The notes under the pieces were generated by a model. It did no database searches and was not told the DNA's origin. It was given only the letters and a program-made list of their open reading frames with translations. DNA of 64,000 bases from an uncultured Planctomycetales bacterium (lineage in GTDB: Bacteria; Omnitrophota; Gorgyraeia; Gygaellales; Profunditerraquicolaceae): positions 31,848-95,847 of the forward strand of contig CAZJFL010000007.1 of NCBI GenBank assembly GCA_964545575.1. Direction: 5' to 3'. Position 1 is the stretch's first letter; each line of letters opens with the position of its first letter. Position numbers and translations under genes: made by a program. Positions 48,501-58,003 of this stretch are shown here, piece by piece.

Positions 48501-51500
48501 CTTATGCAACCCAGCGATCAATTCTTCAAATTGGCCTTGGTATTGCTTAAACAATCCGGTGATCGCCCTCATCTCTTCTTGCCATTTCTGCGCCTGTTGA
48601 GTATCTGATCTTATCCCTAATTTACATTTCTCGACAACATCACTACGAAGACTAGACACCCTACTACAGAGCTTCTTCACAATTTCTTTAAAACCTATGA
48701 GATTATTAACAATTACTTTGCTCTCTCCCTTTGTATCTATAGCTCCAACATCATCGGCTAACATCTGTAAATATCCGGGCAAAGCGGCCACATTTGCAAC
48801 AACATTTAATACAGGTCCGTGGTACATACTGCGTATAATAAGGGCGATGCGCTCAAATTCATCTTCTTGGCTACGACTGAGCAAAGAGGAGGTGGCGGAC
48901 CCTTCGACTGCGCTCGGGGTAAACGGCTCCGGCGCAGCGGGCGCGGCGGTGGGCGTAACATCTATAGGCTCATTAAAAATACCAAGCCTACGGATGGCGC
49001 GTTCTATCCTCGCTAGTAAATTACCTGTACCAGCCGCCAGAGGATTAAATCCTTTGATAGCGCCCGAACGCGTATCTAGTGCAAAATCGCCCTCTAAAAC
49101 AGTTTCCTCTATTATCTCGTCGCCTGATCGAAGCATCTGCTCCTTGAGTTTGTCTTTGAGTTCCGGGTCCAAATTACGCGTATAACCGAAAACAAGTTGA
49201 AGATTACCACCTCCTGCCAATCTCCTTAATTTAAACAGCATCAATTTTATAAAGTTTTCTTCTGCCGCTGGGCTGTCTATGTGCGCAATCGCGCCAACGC
49301 GCTGCTGCCTGTCATATAATAATAGGCCTCTGCAGGCCTGAGGTTTTCCGGTGGCAAATGTCGCCACTACCGGATAAGGGCTGTTTGCGGAAGTCACGGC
49401 ATATTCGCCTTGAACCACGACAATATGTTTTGCTCCGTTTATCTCTATGGGTTCGGCTTTCAGGGCGGCCTTATCCGTTAAAATTCCGCCCCGGCCGGTA
49501 ATCTGGATAATTTGAGGAGCGAGGAAATCTTCAACGTCTGGAGAAAAATATACTGCGAACCCCCGGCCGCGCAATATATTAAGTAAGTGGATGAACATCT
49601 GATCATCAAGGCCGCGGCAATGTATAGACCCGTCCTTGCCTAACTGCACAAGCTCTCTGCCATCAATATTCTTAAAGATTATGCCCGAATCCCCTTGCGC
49701 AGGTTCTGCTTTTGCGATTACTTTCAGGGATAAGATTGTTTCTTCTAAATCCCGTATATCTGCGGCGGCCAACGGCAACCTTGTGCCGACAGGTAGCCTC
49801 TCCCCGGCTGTGCTCGGCGCGGGCTTGGCGGCGGACGCGTCAGCGCTCGTTTCAGCGGGCGGCGCGGATTGGCTCGGGGGAAGTTGCTCTTCTATCTTAA
49901 GCGCCTCTTCAACCGTAATGATCTTCACTGCTTTACCGCCGCGCACCACATAACGATGCTTGGCAAAATCAGCGCTTCCGGCTAAGATAATCGTGCCTTC
50001 CTTGCAACTATCCAGTATGTCCTTCCAGGCCTTTTCCCGTCCGCCTCCATAGCCAGGAGAAAAATGCATATCCACGTTGGTAAAGACGATGATATCCGGC
50101 CGCTGCCCAAAGGGCAGGGGGCTTTCTAAGATATCGTGCTGCCGGAATTCTTCGGGAGATAAAACTAAATCCTTTGAACTAAAAATATCGGTGCCCGCAT
50201 AGCGAAACGGCAGAGCGCGCTTCCTAAGCAAGTCAAGGTACAGTTGCGCGCTGCGTCCTCCGGCAGAACCTATTTCAACGATAAAAGGCGCGCCTTCTCC
50301 AAACTTGCCGGCACGAACCCCTGCTTCGACTAGGGCGACTACAAAATCAGCTACCTCCCTCTGGTAAATATCTACGACTTTCCCGATATTCTGCCGGCTC
50401 TCGGCTAAAGTGCGTTCTATGTCGGAAGTGAATACGGGGAAAAGCTCTAACAACATATTTCTTAGGTTTGGTTCGGCAAAAATTCTGGCAATCTGTTCTT
50501 GCTGTTCCTGAAGGGGCGCCTGGCTTAAATCCTTGCCGATAATCTGCTTTAGCAATAGACCCAGGCGCGGCAAATCGCGTAAGCCCCGTTGATCGCGCTT
50601 TCCGGCTAACTCCAAAATTGTTCCGTAGATACTTGACTCTTTAGCCTGCCTTAAAAATACAGCCCATAAGGAATCTTGTTTCACCGGAAGGCGCCGTAGA
50701 GTTTCTTGGCAGGAGAATTCGCTGCCTAATAATCCGCCATCGATAGACACAACAGCCCGCCCATCCAAATATATAGAATTAAAGCGGATTTCCTCCTGGG
50801 GCAGGCGGGGATCTACTTTTAGCGGGCTATTCTGGTTAATAAATTCCCGCAACTTTATAGTTAGCTTGCCGGTTAAATTTTCTGTTCCGGACTGCCGCAA
50901 CCATTGCTCCGGGGTTAAATTATCGTAATTATCCACAAAGAGCGCCTTCTGGATTAACCGGGCGACCTGATGCCCCAAGGGATCCCCTAATATTGCGGTA
51001 AGGCGATAGCAAAGAGGTTCGTGTAAAAGATATTCTGTTCTTAATTCGACAGGCAATGACTCTAAAAGCTCCCGGCTATAAGCTAAGTAAGTTTCCCCGG
51101 CCAGGCCAAGAGCATAATGATCAGGGCTTCTGACGATAGCGGAAAACTGCTTAAGGGATTTAGCCCCCTTTACTAAGTCATCGCGCGCCTGTACAATCGC
51201 CTTAAATATTGTTTCCTTTGATATAACCTGAGTGGCGCTTAAATTATCTAAAATAGCCTGCAAAATTACATTTTCTTTCAAGGCGCGTATGTCGGGGATA
51301 GCGGCGTTGATCCGGGAAAAATCTTGACTCAATAAAGCACTGTCTAAGCCCGCCAGCCGGCTCTCTACTTCACTTGGAGCGACGCCTCTGATGATCGCCC
51401 CGTGGCCTTCCTGGTCAATTCCGGCATCGGCAGGTGCGGCGGCGGCGGGCGGCGCGGGCTTGGCAGCGGACTGCCGAGCACCTTTTGTCTGCCGTATGCT

Positions 51501-54500
51501 GGCAATAGCCAAAAATGTAGCTCCTGACAACATTAAAACAGGAATACCGTAGGTAAGGCCTATTACCAACAATATGCCCCCAAAGGCAGCGCGAGCAAAA
51601 ATAGGAGGAACCCGTATCTTTGGCCTGTCGAATTCTCCTCCTTCTCCCCGCTTAGTCATCTGATTAACAGATCTTAATTCTTTTGCCGCAAGAGAATTAT
51701 CCTGTAATAGTATTCTCATCTTACCGATAAACCCGGCTATTCGATCCTTCAAATACTTCTCTACCCTTGTCGTTAATATAGACGTCTGGATCAGCGGCTT
51801 ATTTAACCCTATGGCATACCGATGTTTCAAGGCCATGACCAGATCTGCAAATTTCTTGCCTTCCTGCAACTTCTTAATCATAACAAAAACAGAATTCAGG
51901 AAATCCCGCTGGGTAGGAATAGCTTCTTTCAGCCCACGCAGCGCCAGATGATCGAAAAACTTGCGGAACTCTTCTATGATTGCGAATGCAGCTTGGTGTT
52001 CGCTATCAGTAAGCCTATTTTGTTGATGCAAGGATTTGCGCAGCTTGTCATATTCCTTCCGACGCCAGGCGATAGTATCAGACCAACCCATCTCTTCCAG
52101 AAATAAAAGAGCTATTTCCTCGGCAACGAATTCCTTTAGCGCCCGTATTTGTGTATCTACTACTTTTTCTGACGTTAACTCCTCACCTGCATAAGCGGAT
52201 AAGATGTTGTGTCCGATTTCATGGGCTATAAAACTAAAACAATTGTCTGCGGTACCAATACGGACTATAGTAGGATAACTAATAGAATAGGCGGCATTCA
52301 TCGCGTAGTTCTGTTCTTCAGCTTTTAACAACGTATTGCCCATGATGTTACGCGCCCACTCTGCAAAGTCTTTTTTGCTTATTGCAGCCCTGGTCCGCTG
52401 CAAGCTTTCTTGCAGCACAAGCAATACCGCCAATATATAAACCTTAGCCATCTCATTAGACAGGCTGTCGCTACCCGGCAAGATTGTTTTGACTGTTACA
52501 TTACGCTTCTCTTTTAACAAAGTTTTTGCCAGACGCAGCGCTAATGCCTGATCATCTTGGCTTATGTTTTCCTGCGCTAACAAGCCAAAGGCGTAAAGAC
52601 GTAATTCTGTAGGGATCACTTCTCCCGCTAACGTTTCTTGATTAAAGAGCTGGCGCAGGGTTTCTTCATAAGAGCCTGATTTTAATGCCCCGATGTCTAG
52701 TTTACGGCTATATTTCTGATTTATCCGCTGTATCAGGCCGCCTAACATCTCCCGCAGATAATCTACATTCTTGCTTTCTATGCATAACGCATTGTAAGTA
52801 TTAAAAGCCCCGTTCCTTGCCGCCTCGCCGGACTCACTACCCAATGTCCCTGTTATCTGGCTGTGTACCTCCTTTACGCAAGACTGATCCGACAATGATA
52901 ATAATGCCTTGAGCGCATTAAATTTACCTTTAGAGTTTCCCGACGCCACTTCTTTTAGAATGCGCTGCGCTGTTTTATCGCCTTGCCCTGCACGCCATAT
53001 AGTCTCGTAGGTTACCGGCCAGGCCTCATTTTCAACCCCTATTACGGTTCTCTGATAATCGCTAAGCTCTGCCCAGGCCTCAAGCTCTTCCAGAAGTTCT
53101 CTGACTGCGTTAACGTTAGCGATATCTTTCCTTAAACGCCCATCGCCGTTGCTTAAAAATCTTTTGGCTAGAGAAGCTACTTGCGGATGTATCTCGTATG
53201 CCCTATTTATCAGCACTTCTAATTCTTCCTGGCTCGGCTCCCGGTCAACAAAAATACCGTTATACAGCTGCCTGCCAAGCCGCATACTATCCGGGGAAGC
53301 CGCTAGGCTAGCCTGCGGACTACGTCCTATCAAAAGCTCCCGTAACTCCTTAAGCGCCGCCGCCGATGGCAATTCGTCTAGGTATATGGTAAAAGGATAC
53401 GCTTTATTTTTGCCGTCCCAATTATCAAATGATTGCGCTTGAGTGTAGTGGACATTACTAAGATTATGTTTTTGGGCCCAACTTTCTATTTTATCTATGA
53501 CCTCTGCTTCGTTTTGGACGCCATAAAAATATACCCTGTACTTGGAAGGCGCATTGAGCAAACTGCTGATATCGTTGGACACATGTGCGCTCTGTATTTC
53601 AGCAAAGATAAATCCTCCCAGACTAATACATGCGGCTAAGGCAGGCGCGAAAATCAAAAGCGTGCTTGGCATTAATCCCAGAGTAGTAAGCGCCAAAGCT
53701 ACCCAACCAACGAAGCTTAATCCGCTTGCTACTCCTAACCCGGCTGTGATATATTTAAACGCCTTAGCTACTCTATTTAATCTTTGCTCTTTACCTCGCA
53801 GTAAATCAATATTTTTTGATTTACCGCGGTCGATCAGTGGCTCGCGATATTTCACATAAAGCGTGGTCAGCCAAGGCTGTAATATTACGTGCAGAGATGG
53901 GCCTGCCCGTTGACGCTGCATGGCGCGGATAACCCGGGCGAACTCTATAGCGGATTGCCTACTTTCTGCTTTTAATTTTGTAAGCTTATCCTTCTGGTAC
54001 TTAAGATCGCCTGGAATCGATAGCATATACACTCCTATAATGACTACTACGGCGATAATTCCCTGAATTATTTGTGCTTCCGCGCTGCCGTAAGGATTTG
54101 CCATTTGCTTCAAGAGCAACGAGTCTGACGGCGAAGCTAATACTCTTGTGAAAGAGTCCAGCACTACTGCCGCGGCGATGCCCTGCAGCAGGCGCGTGAA
54201 AAATCCGGTCCTTGGCTGTGGAGTTACTTCGGTTGCGGGCGCCTCTTCGTTTTCGGCGGGACGCGGCGCTACTTTCTCTTCGGCGGCTGACGGTTCTACC
54301 TGAGGAAGTTCCAAAAGAGGCACCCCAAATACCTGTTGGCATGCCCTATCGCCAACTACGAATTCTCTGCCCTGCGGGCCTGCCTTATCTCTTATCTTAA
54401 CCAGTACAGCAAAAAGCTGGCTACGCGCCTGCTCTTTCTGCGCGTCAGACGCAGCGGTTACTGCGACCCAAACATCCAATAAATACCCCAACAAGGATGA

Positions 54501-57500
54501 GTCAGTATAATCATCAATGGTTTCATCCCGAATATAATCCCGGATACGCGCCATCGTCACTCTTCCGCCCTTACGGAGGAGGTCGTATTCTTTAAGGGTA
54601 ATGCCATATAAGCTAATAAAGTAAGATTCTGCGCCCCGAAATTCCCCTATGACCGCATAACTTTTTTCCAAGCCGGCTATTTTTTTATCTCCCTGCTCAG
54701 CCTTCTCGGTAATCCTGGCAAATATTTTGGCCAACTGATCAAGGTCCACCTCAGCAACTGTCCCAAGCTTTGTCGTAAACTTCTTCTCATAAATTTGATA
54801 AATACGTAGGAGTTCTTGCTGTACAACCGAGTTACTTTCCTTCTTTATCCTGGCTAGTAAATCTTGCCTATTCAAGACAAACTGGCGGAAGAACTCTGCC
54901 CGGAACTGGCTTGCAGAATAATCTATCTTGGTATATCCTCTTATGGCGCGCACTGCTCCCGGAAATAAAATTTCGTTGTCTCTTTCCAAAAACATACTAA
55001 AGCCGTTTTCCTCAGCCTTGAAGTAAGCGTCTTCGGTATCCTTCTTTTCCTGCGCAGTCAGCGTTTCTTCAAAGGCATGCCCTATTTCATGCAGGAAAAT
55101 CCGCGCCAAGCCGTATAAATCCCAATACCCTACTGCGCCAGGGCCGATGGAAACTTTTTTCTCCCCTATATCATAGTATCCGATATCATCTTTAAATAGA
55201 TAGCCTAAGGATTCGCCCAGCGCAAAAGACCGCACTGCTTTCTGCAATACATCCTCTGGCACATAAGAAATAAGAAAAGCGAATAATTCGCTGAAATGCG
55301 CTAGGATGTATCCACTAGATCTGGGCGTCTCCAGGTCTATACCGTAACGCGTCTTTAATAACTTCCGTAAAGCAATGTTTGCATCTTTCTTATTTTTCTG
55401 CTGAAGAACTCTCCATTGTTCATAAAAGCCGCTTGGTGTCTGCATCTCTGTTTTCTTAGTGGCGGGCGGCGGCGTTTTTTCTGGCTTGGCGGCGGGCGGC
55501 TGGGTACGAACCTCCCCCCCAAGAAGGATATAATCAATGTTTCCTAAAAGCGCTTCGCCACGCTTAATCTTCCAGAGCACATAATTCAACCCCGGTAAAT
55601 ACGCATCCTTGGACCTGATGATTTCGCCTTTCTCATCAGTTAATATCACAGTCATGAAATTGATACCGTTAATTCGGCTTGCGGTGGCCACGCCTATCGG
55701 AATCGGATTAAATGCTATTGTGTAATATGGCTGGCTGCCGTTGATTACGAACGTTTCTGCGACGTCGACTTTATAAGAATAACGCTTGATGATTTCAATA
55801 ATATCACCGATCAGGAATCGTTTGGCCAGGGCGGAGGGTAACCAATCATAACGATAGGCGCGCACATAGGGGACAAAACCATATTTCTGGGCAATCTTAA
55901 TCATAGGAACACTTACTGCGTGACCGCCTGCTGCTCCACTTGCTTGTTCTATGAAAATATCTTTGGCGCCCAAGGACCTTAATTCCGCGATCGCCTTTCC
56001 TACCACCATTTCTCCAATGCCTAAACCTTGTTTTATTTCGCCCATGTAGTACTTGGTACTGCCCGCAGCCGGATCATTAATAATAACATCCGTAATAATG
56101 CCACGCCGCTCCTTAGGATCGTAATGCGCTTGCACGAAGGCTTGATTTAACCCGTATAGCAAGTCGGTTCCGTGCCTCTCTGTAACCTTTCCTATAACCT
56201 CAGGCGTGTCCTCCAGCTTAATAGATAAATATTGCCGGCCTATCAAGTGATGAAAGATGCCGCCTACAAAACCAGATACGGAGATAGTCAACTTCGCTTC
56301 TTTCCCGTTTGGCAAAGTTATCGTAGATCCGGATTTTGTTGTCTGAAGGGTAGGTTTAGGTATTCGAATGAACCGATCTTTAAAAATAATCTTACATTTA
56401 TCCACTGCGATCTTGGCGCCGGCGGCAATATCTCTAAAGATCCGGCCGATAGCAGCCCAATTAAAGCTGGTGCTACTACGCTGGCCGGTAGGCAGCGCGG
56501 GCTGGATTTTTTCTGCTTGGGTTACTGTTGGCGTTGAATAAGTTGGGGTGGGAGTCGTGGTTGGCTCGGAAAATTTTTGTATATCTGTTACCGTTGTGAC
56601 TATTCGGCCATTCTCATATACGGCAATAGCAGGCACGGTAAAACCAGGCGTAGGAGTATGATTTACTACATCAAAATTTACCGAACCAGTGATTGCTCCT
56701 GGTGTCCAGTATGTCTCTAGGCCAAGGTCCGCTCCTCCCGAAAAATAGCTCCTGATGGTCTGACCATAGGGAGTATAGGCTGGCTCTTTGAGATTGTACT
56801 CGCCGTCTTTGAATGATTTCTGATAGGCTTGGAAGTAGGTAGTCTTAGACCAAGACTGCTTAGAAGTGATGCCAGTAAGGTCTTTCTTGTTAATACGCCA
56901 GCTATAAAGCCCTCCCTTACCATAGAACCTTTGCTTGAACCACTGGGCGATGATTAGAGAATAGTAAACTTGGCGCAGGGGAGCATATCTCTTGGCGGAG
57001 TTGATTTCTTTGGTCAGTTTAGGGATAATCAGCTCACGGATAAGCTGGGAGGAATATTCGTTCAGAGCCTTCAGGCGCGGGTCTTTGAAGCTGTAAAGAG
57101 CGGAGTTTTTCAGGTAATCCTGCTCCAGCATCACCTTAAGGCTGGCTTTGTAGATATAGGCTGAGGTGCCGGTTTCGCGGATGATGATCTCGCCCGGCAC
57201 AATCCAGGGCCGGGTTAAGGTGGGGATAGTGATGTTTTCGTTCCCGAAAAGCTCTTCTGCCTTCTGATAGAGCTTATCCCAGTAAGTTTTGCCTTCCAGC
57301 GTTTCCGGAGAAGTAAACTTAGCAGTGTCTTTTTTCAGCTGCAGGTCAGCTTCCAACAGGATTTTACCTACATCCGTCTTAGCTAAAGATTCATCAATAA
57401 TATTATCTTCGCCGTCCGGCCGCAGGTTAACCCAGAAAGAATCGTTGGAAAGAGCGATACCTACGAAGACGTAATTCAATAAATCTTTGGTGGAACTCTC

Positions 57501-57752
57501 GAGTTCTTGAGTGCGCGGGTTGTTGAGGTCGCCTTTGTCTAAAAGTAATTTAAAATTATTCTTGAGGTTGTCGTAGGAAAGATAACGCAGGTGCAGGGGC
57601 CTGAACTTTTCCGAGAAGATATTCTGATGCAGGCTGGCAAGATGGCCGGCAAGATTTAGCTCCACTGCAGCTGCTTGAGCAAAACCAGATTGCTCAAAGC
57701 AAAGCAGGAAGCAGAGAACAAACGCGATTATTTTGCTTACCTTCCGTGGCAT
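45540..57752 (-). CDS. Giant (4070 aa) secreted or membrane-associated modular protein with several enzyme-like domains
   Basis: Uninterrupted ORF; signal peptide; HEIGH twice, GNAT-like, SAM-methyltransferase-like, HATPase_c and Cys/His deamidase-like segments separated by Pro/Ala linkers; GGIDF near the C-terminus. Confidence 0.85.
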   Translation of the reverse strand: MPRKVSKIIAFVLCFLLCFEQSGFAQAAAVELNLAGHLASLHQNIFSEKFRPLHLRYLSYDNLKNNFKLLLDKGDLNNPRTQELESSTKDLLNYVFVGIALSNDSFWVNLRPDGEDNIIDESLAKTDVGKILLEADLQLKKDTAKFTSPETLEGKTYWDKLYQKAEELFGNENITIPTLTRPWIVPGEIIIRETGTSAYIYKASLKVMLEQDYLKNSALYSFKDPRLKALNEYSSQLIRELIIPKLTKEINSAKRYAPLRQVYYSLIIAQWFKQRFYGKGGLYSWRINKKDLTGITSKQSWSKTTYFQAYQKSFKDGEYNLKEPAYTPYGQTIRSYFSGGADLGLETYWTPGAITGSVNFDVVNHTPTPGFTVPAIAVYENGRIVTTVTDIQKFSEPTTTPTPTYSTPTVTQAEKIQPALPTGQRSSTSFNWAAIGRIFRDIAAGAKIAVDKCKIIFKDRFIRIPKPTLQTTKSGSTITLPNGKEAKLTISVSGFVGGIFHHLIGRQYLSIKLEDTPEVIGKVTERHGTDLLYGLNQAFVQAHYDPKERRGIITDVIINDPAAGSTKYYMGEIKQGLGIGEMVVGKAIAELRSLGAKDIFIEQASGAAGGHAVSVPMIKIAQKYGFVPYVRAYRYDWLPSALAKRFLIGDIIEIIKRYSYKVDVAETFVINGSQPYYTIAFNPIPIGVATASRINGINFMTVILTDEKGEIIRSKDAYLPGLNYVLWKIKRGEALLGNIDYILLGGEVRTQPPAAKPEKTPPPATKKTEMQTPSGFYEQWRVLQQKNKKDANIALRKLLKTRYGIDLETPRSSGYILAHFSELFAFLISYVPEDVLQKAVRSFALGESLGYLFKDDIGYYDIGEKKVSIGPGAVGYWDLYGLARIFLHEIGHAFEETLTAQEKKDTEDAYFKAEENGFSMFLERDNEILFPGAVRAIRGYTKIDYSASQFRAEFFRQFVLNRQDLLARIKKESNSVVQQELLRIYQIYEKKFTTKLGTVAEVDLDQLAKIFARITEKAEQGDKKIAGLEKSYAVIGEFRGAESYFISLYGITLKEYDLLRKGGRVTMARIRDYIRDETIDDYTDSSLLGYLLDVWVAVTAASDAQKEQARSQLFAVLVKIRDKAGPQGREFVVGDRACQQVFGVPLLELPQVEPSAAEEKVAPRPAENEEAPATEVTPQPRTGFFTRLLQGIAAAVVLDSFTRVLASPSDSLLLKQMANPYGSAEAQIIQGIIAVVVIIGVYMLSIPGDLKYQKDKLTKLKAESRQSAIEFARVIRAMQRQRAGPSLHVILQPWLTTLYVKYREPLIDRGKSKNIDLLRGKEQRLNRVAKAFKYITAGLGVASGLSFVGWVALALTTLGLMPSTLLIFAPALAACISLGGFIFAEIQSAHVSNDISSLLNAPSKYRVYFYGVQNEAEVIDKIESWAQKHNLSNVHYTQAQSFDNWDGKNKAYPFTIYLDELPSAAALKELRELLIGRSPQASLAASPDSMRLGRQLYNGIFVDREPSQEELEVLINRAYEIHPQVASLAKRFLSNGDGRLRKDIANVNAVRELLEELEAWAELSDYQRTVIGVENEAWPVTYETIWRAGQGDKTAQRILKEVASGNSKGKFNALKALLSLSDQSCVKEVHSQITGTLGSESGEAARNGAFNTYNALCIESKNVDYLREMLGGLIQRINQKYSRKLDIGALKSGSYEETLRQLFNQETLAGEVIPTELRLYAFGLLAQENISQDDQALALRLAKTLLKEKRNVTVKTILPGSDSLSNEMAKVYILAVLLVLQESLQRTRAAISKKDFAEWARNIMGNTLLKAEEQNYAMNAAYSISYPTIVRIGTADNCFSFIAHEIGHNILSAYAGEELTSEKVVDTQIRALKEFVAEEIALLFLEEMGWSDTIAWRRKEYDKLRKSLHQQNRLTDSEHQAAFAIIEEFRKFFDHLALRGLKEAIPTQRDFLNSVFVMIKKLQEGKKFADLVMALKHRYAIGLNKPLIQTSILTTRVEKYLKDRIAGFIGKMRILLQDNSLAAKELRSVNQMTKRGEGGEFDRPKIRVPPIFARAAFGGILLVIGLTYGIPVLMLSGATFLAIASIRQTKGARQSAAKPAPPAAAAPADAGIDQEGHGAIIRGVAPSEVESRLAGLDSALLSQDFSRINAAIPDIRALKENVILQAILDNLSATQVISKETIFKAIVQARDDLVKGAKSLKQFSAIVRSPDHYALGLAGETYLAYSRELLESLPVELRTEYLLHEPLCYRLTAILGDPLGHQVARLIQKALFVDNYDNLTPEQWLRQSGTENLTGKLTIKLREFINQNSPLKVDPRLPQEEIRFNSIYLDGRAVVSIDGGLLGSEFSCQETLRRLPVKQDSLWAVFLRQAKESSIYGTILELAGKRDQRGLRDLPRLGLLLKQIIGKDLSQAPLQEQQEQIARIFAEPNLRNMLLELFPVFTSDIERTLAESRQNIGKVVDIYQREVADFVVALVEAGVRAGKFGEGAPFIVEIGSAGGRSAQLYLDLLRKRALPFRYAGTDIFSSKDLVLSPEEFRQHDILESPLPFGQRPDIIVFTNVDMHFSPGYGGGREKAWKDILDSCKEGTIILAGSADFAKHRYVVRGGKAVKIITVEEALKIEEQLPPSQSAPPAETSADASAAKPAPSTAGERLPVGTRLPLAAADIRDLEETILSLKVIAKAEPAQGDSGIIFKNIDGRELVQLGKDGSIHCRGLDDQMFIHLLNILRGRGFAVYFSPDVEDFLAPQIIQITGRGGILTDKAALKAEPIEINGAKHIVVVQGEYAVTSANSPYPVVATFATGKPQACRGLLLYDRQQRVGAIAHIDSPAAEENFIKLMLFKLRRLAGGGNLQLVFGYTRNLDPELKDKLKEQMLRSGDEIIEETVLEGDFALDTRSGAIKGFNPLAAGTGNLLARIERAIRRLGIFNEPIDVTPTAAPAAPEPFTPSAVEGSATSSLLSRSQEDEFERIALIIRSMYHGPVLNVVANVAALPGYLQMLADDVGAIDTKGESKVIVNNLIGFKEIVKKLCSRVSSLRSDVVEKCKLGIRSDTQQAQKWQEEMRAITGLFKQYQGQFEELIAGLHKNLSDDPHVDEDKDGIRKEFNGLLTILQDRIMFFEGNIGKAKLFDLGDLIDSVVAPHVEEVSFVKSSPLPIMGNNLRLRVILTNIIDNARRHTKERQGPVDIKEREKPIVIRTQITGDAARRRVIISINDKGPGIPEAMQKQDIFSLWVSSTGGGVGLAEARMVVKDYGGDIWYKSEIGKGTTFFIELPLGIVPPAPAQPASPSAKEKESAAAPTAERIQKYLFRPSLRPHPYEVASFTRDDILAAATRVAGNKEEAKVNIATIENSLTFQEVRHLLEGGYLEQIIKEVQKYLSTHSRILIAGRDAEMIYDALQAVLKGSPEAERIVLFNVSMPLLLKLRGRLISPAGRKDYAFQQEIKNLFAGFGITEEAVNKGERFIVIDTAFDGSTRDLATEIIGRVYSRPSIFRQIDIKLVYTANESRRLMDFPVGTSAALRQAFPKTAPLVERSEKAMTTNSVLAVAMQLMPRYYGPISELSHAADGRISAVSASLTETRDDIDQARGINDSVVNPLAALLIQKEVVDYFLGRRERALRANINVPTTGYSGVPQPSTAAPAAEDNNEQIVFSEQLTPDQKRKLKESPTGGRIFLNEDGSMGMHTDHYWIVSDSSFDTVDSDLAVIFKERFRFLNRSLFEQIVAKAKAKSSKDETLYILAWGAGNLKEVKDLSRKLKESRSNNVQIIAFGDTYFPETEQGGIPDNVTFIVDVAENLPKAIERRFPGAKIDIIYSYEAIQFLLRPEVSQSNQPGLSYSRFLNHLADLARLLSDGGFIVCNGDRIDDMLDKFNLVAAIEQIYGRVTLKRNVPGRKCAYLLLEQPNATGDLNRPAGGSDNSRGPAGQPIPASAKADGGTGGIDFRALPIITQPAPRHIGLAGVPPSAGMPGAIPALRPIPGMMPVASNDKEWQQIENMLNAGITPSVQRIKEYLAAYCEKSDFNQQIDKVLSCIADILRLEEESCCATDSALRELLVLLESGKPAQEIKVALQKGV
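45867..45910. repeat. Dispersed double-hairpin element, copy 4, inside the giant ORF
   Basis: tcccgc-agaag-gcggga followed by cacc-cgcca-ATCCGATA-tggcg-g-ggtg. Confidence 0.75.
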
Positions 57753-57794
57753 TTTTTATAGGTGGTTTTTTGGTTTATCAGCCTTTATGTAGTA

Positions 57795-57823
57795 AATATA
57801 TACTATATAGGGGGGTGGTTCAA
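57795..57823 (-). promoter_or_regulatory. Candidate sigma70 promoter of the giant gene
   Basis: TTGAAC-17 nt-TATATT. Confidence 0.55.
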
Positions 57824-57857
57824 GGGTATTTGGGGGTGTTTGGGAAAGCGCTTCCTA

Positions 57858-57968
57858 TAGGGACACTTCTTGTCCCAAAGCAGGGACGTTTCTTTAGTTA
57901 AAGCAAGGAGTGCCCCCGAATTTAGCGCTAGGGGACACTTTCCCGATTGGCTCGGGACCTGTCCCTAA
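57858..57968. repeat. GGGAC...GTCCC REP-like palindrome cluster
   Basis: gggacacttcttgtccc, ggggacactttcc and gggacctgtccc; related to the gggacagtccc copies near 38156 and 38219. Confidence 0.45.
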
Positions 57969-58003
57969 GTTAGAATGGACATTTTAGACTGGACGTTTTA
58001 AGA

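Noticed and set aside
44643-57752. Prophage or integrative element suggested by the excisionase-like HTH
   Set aside because: No integrase, att direct repeats or phage structural genes are visible; the HTH is better explained as the TA regulator.
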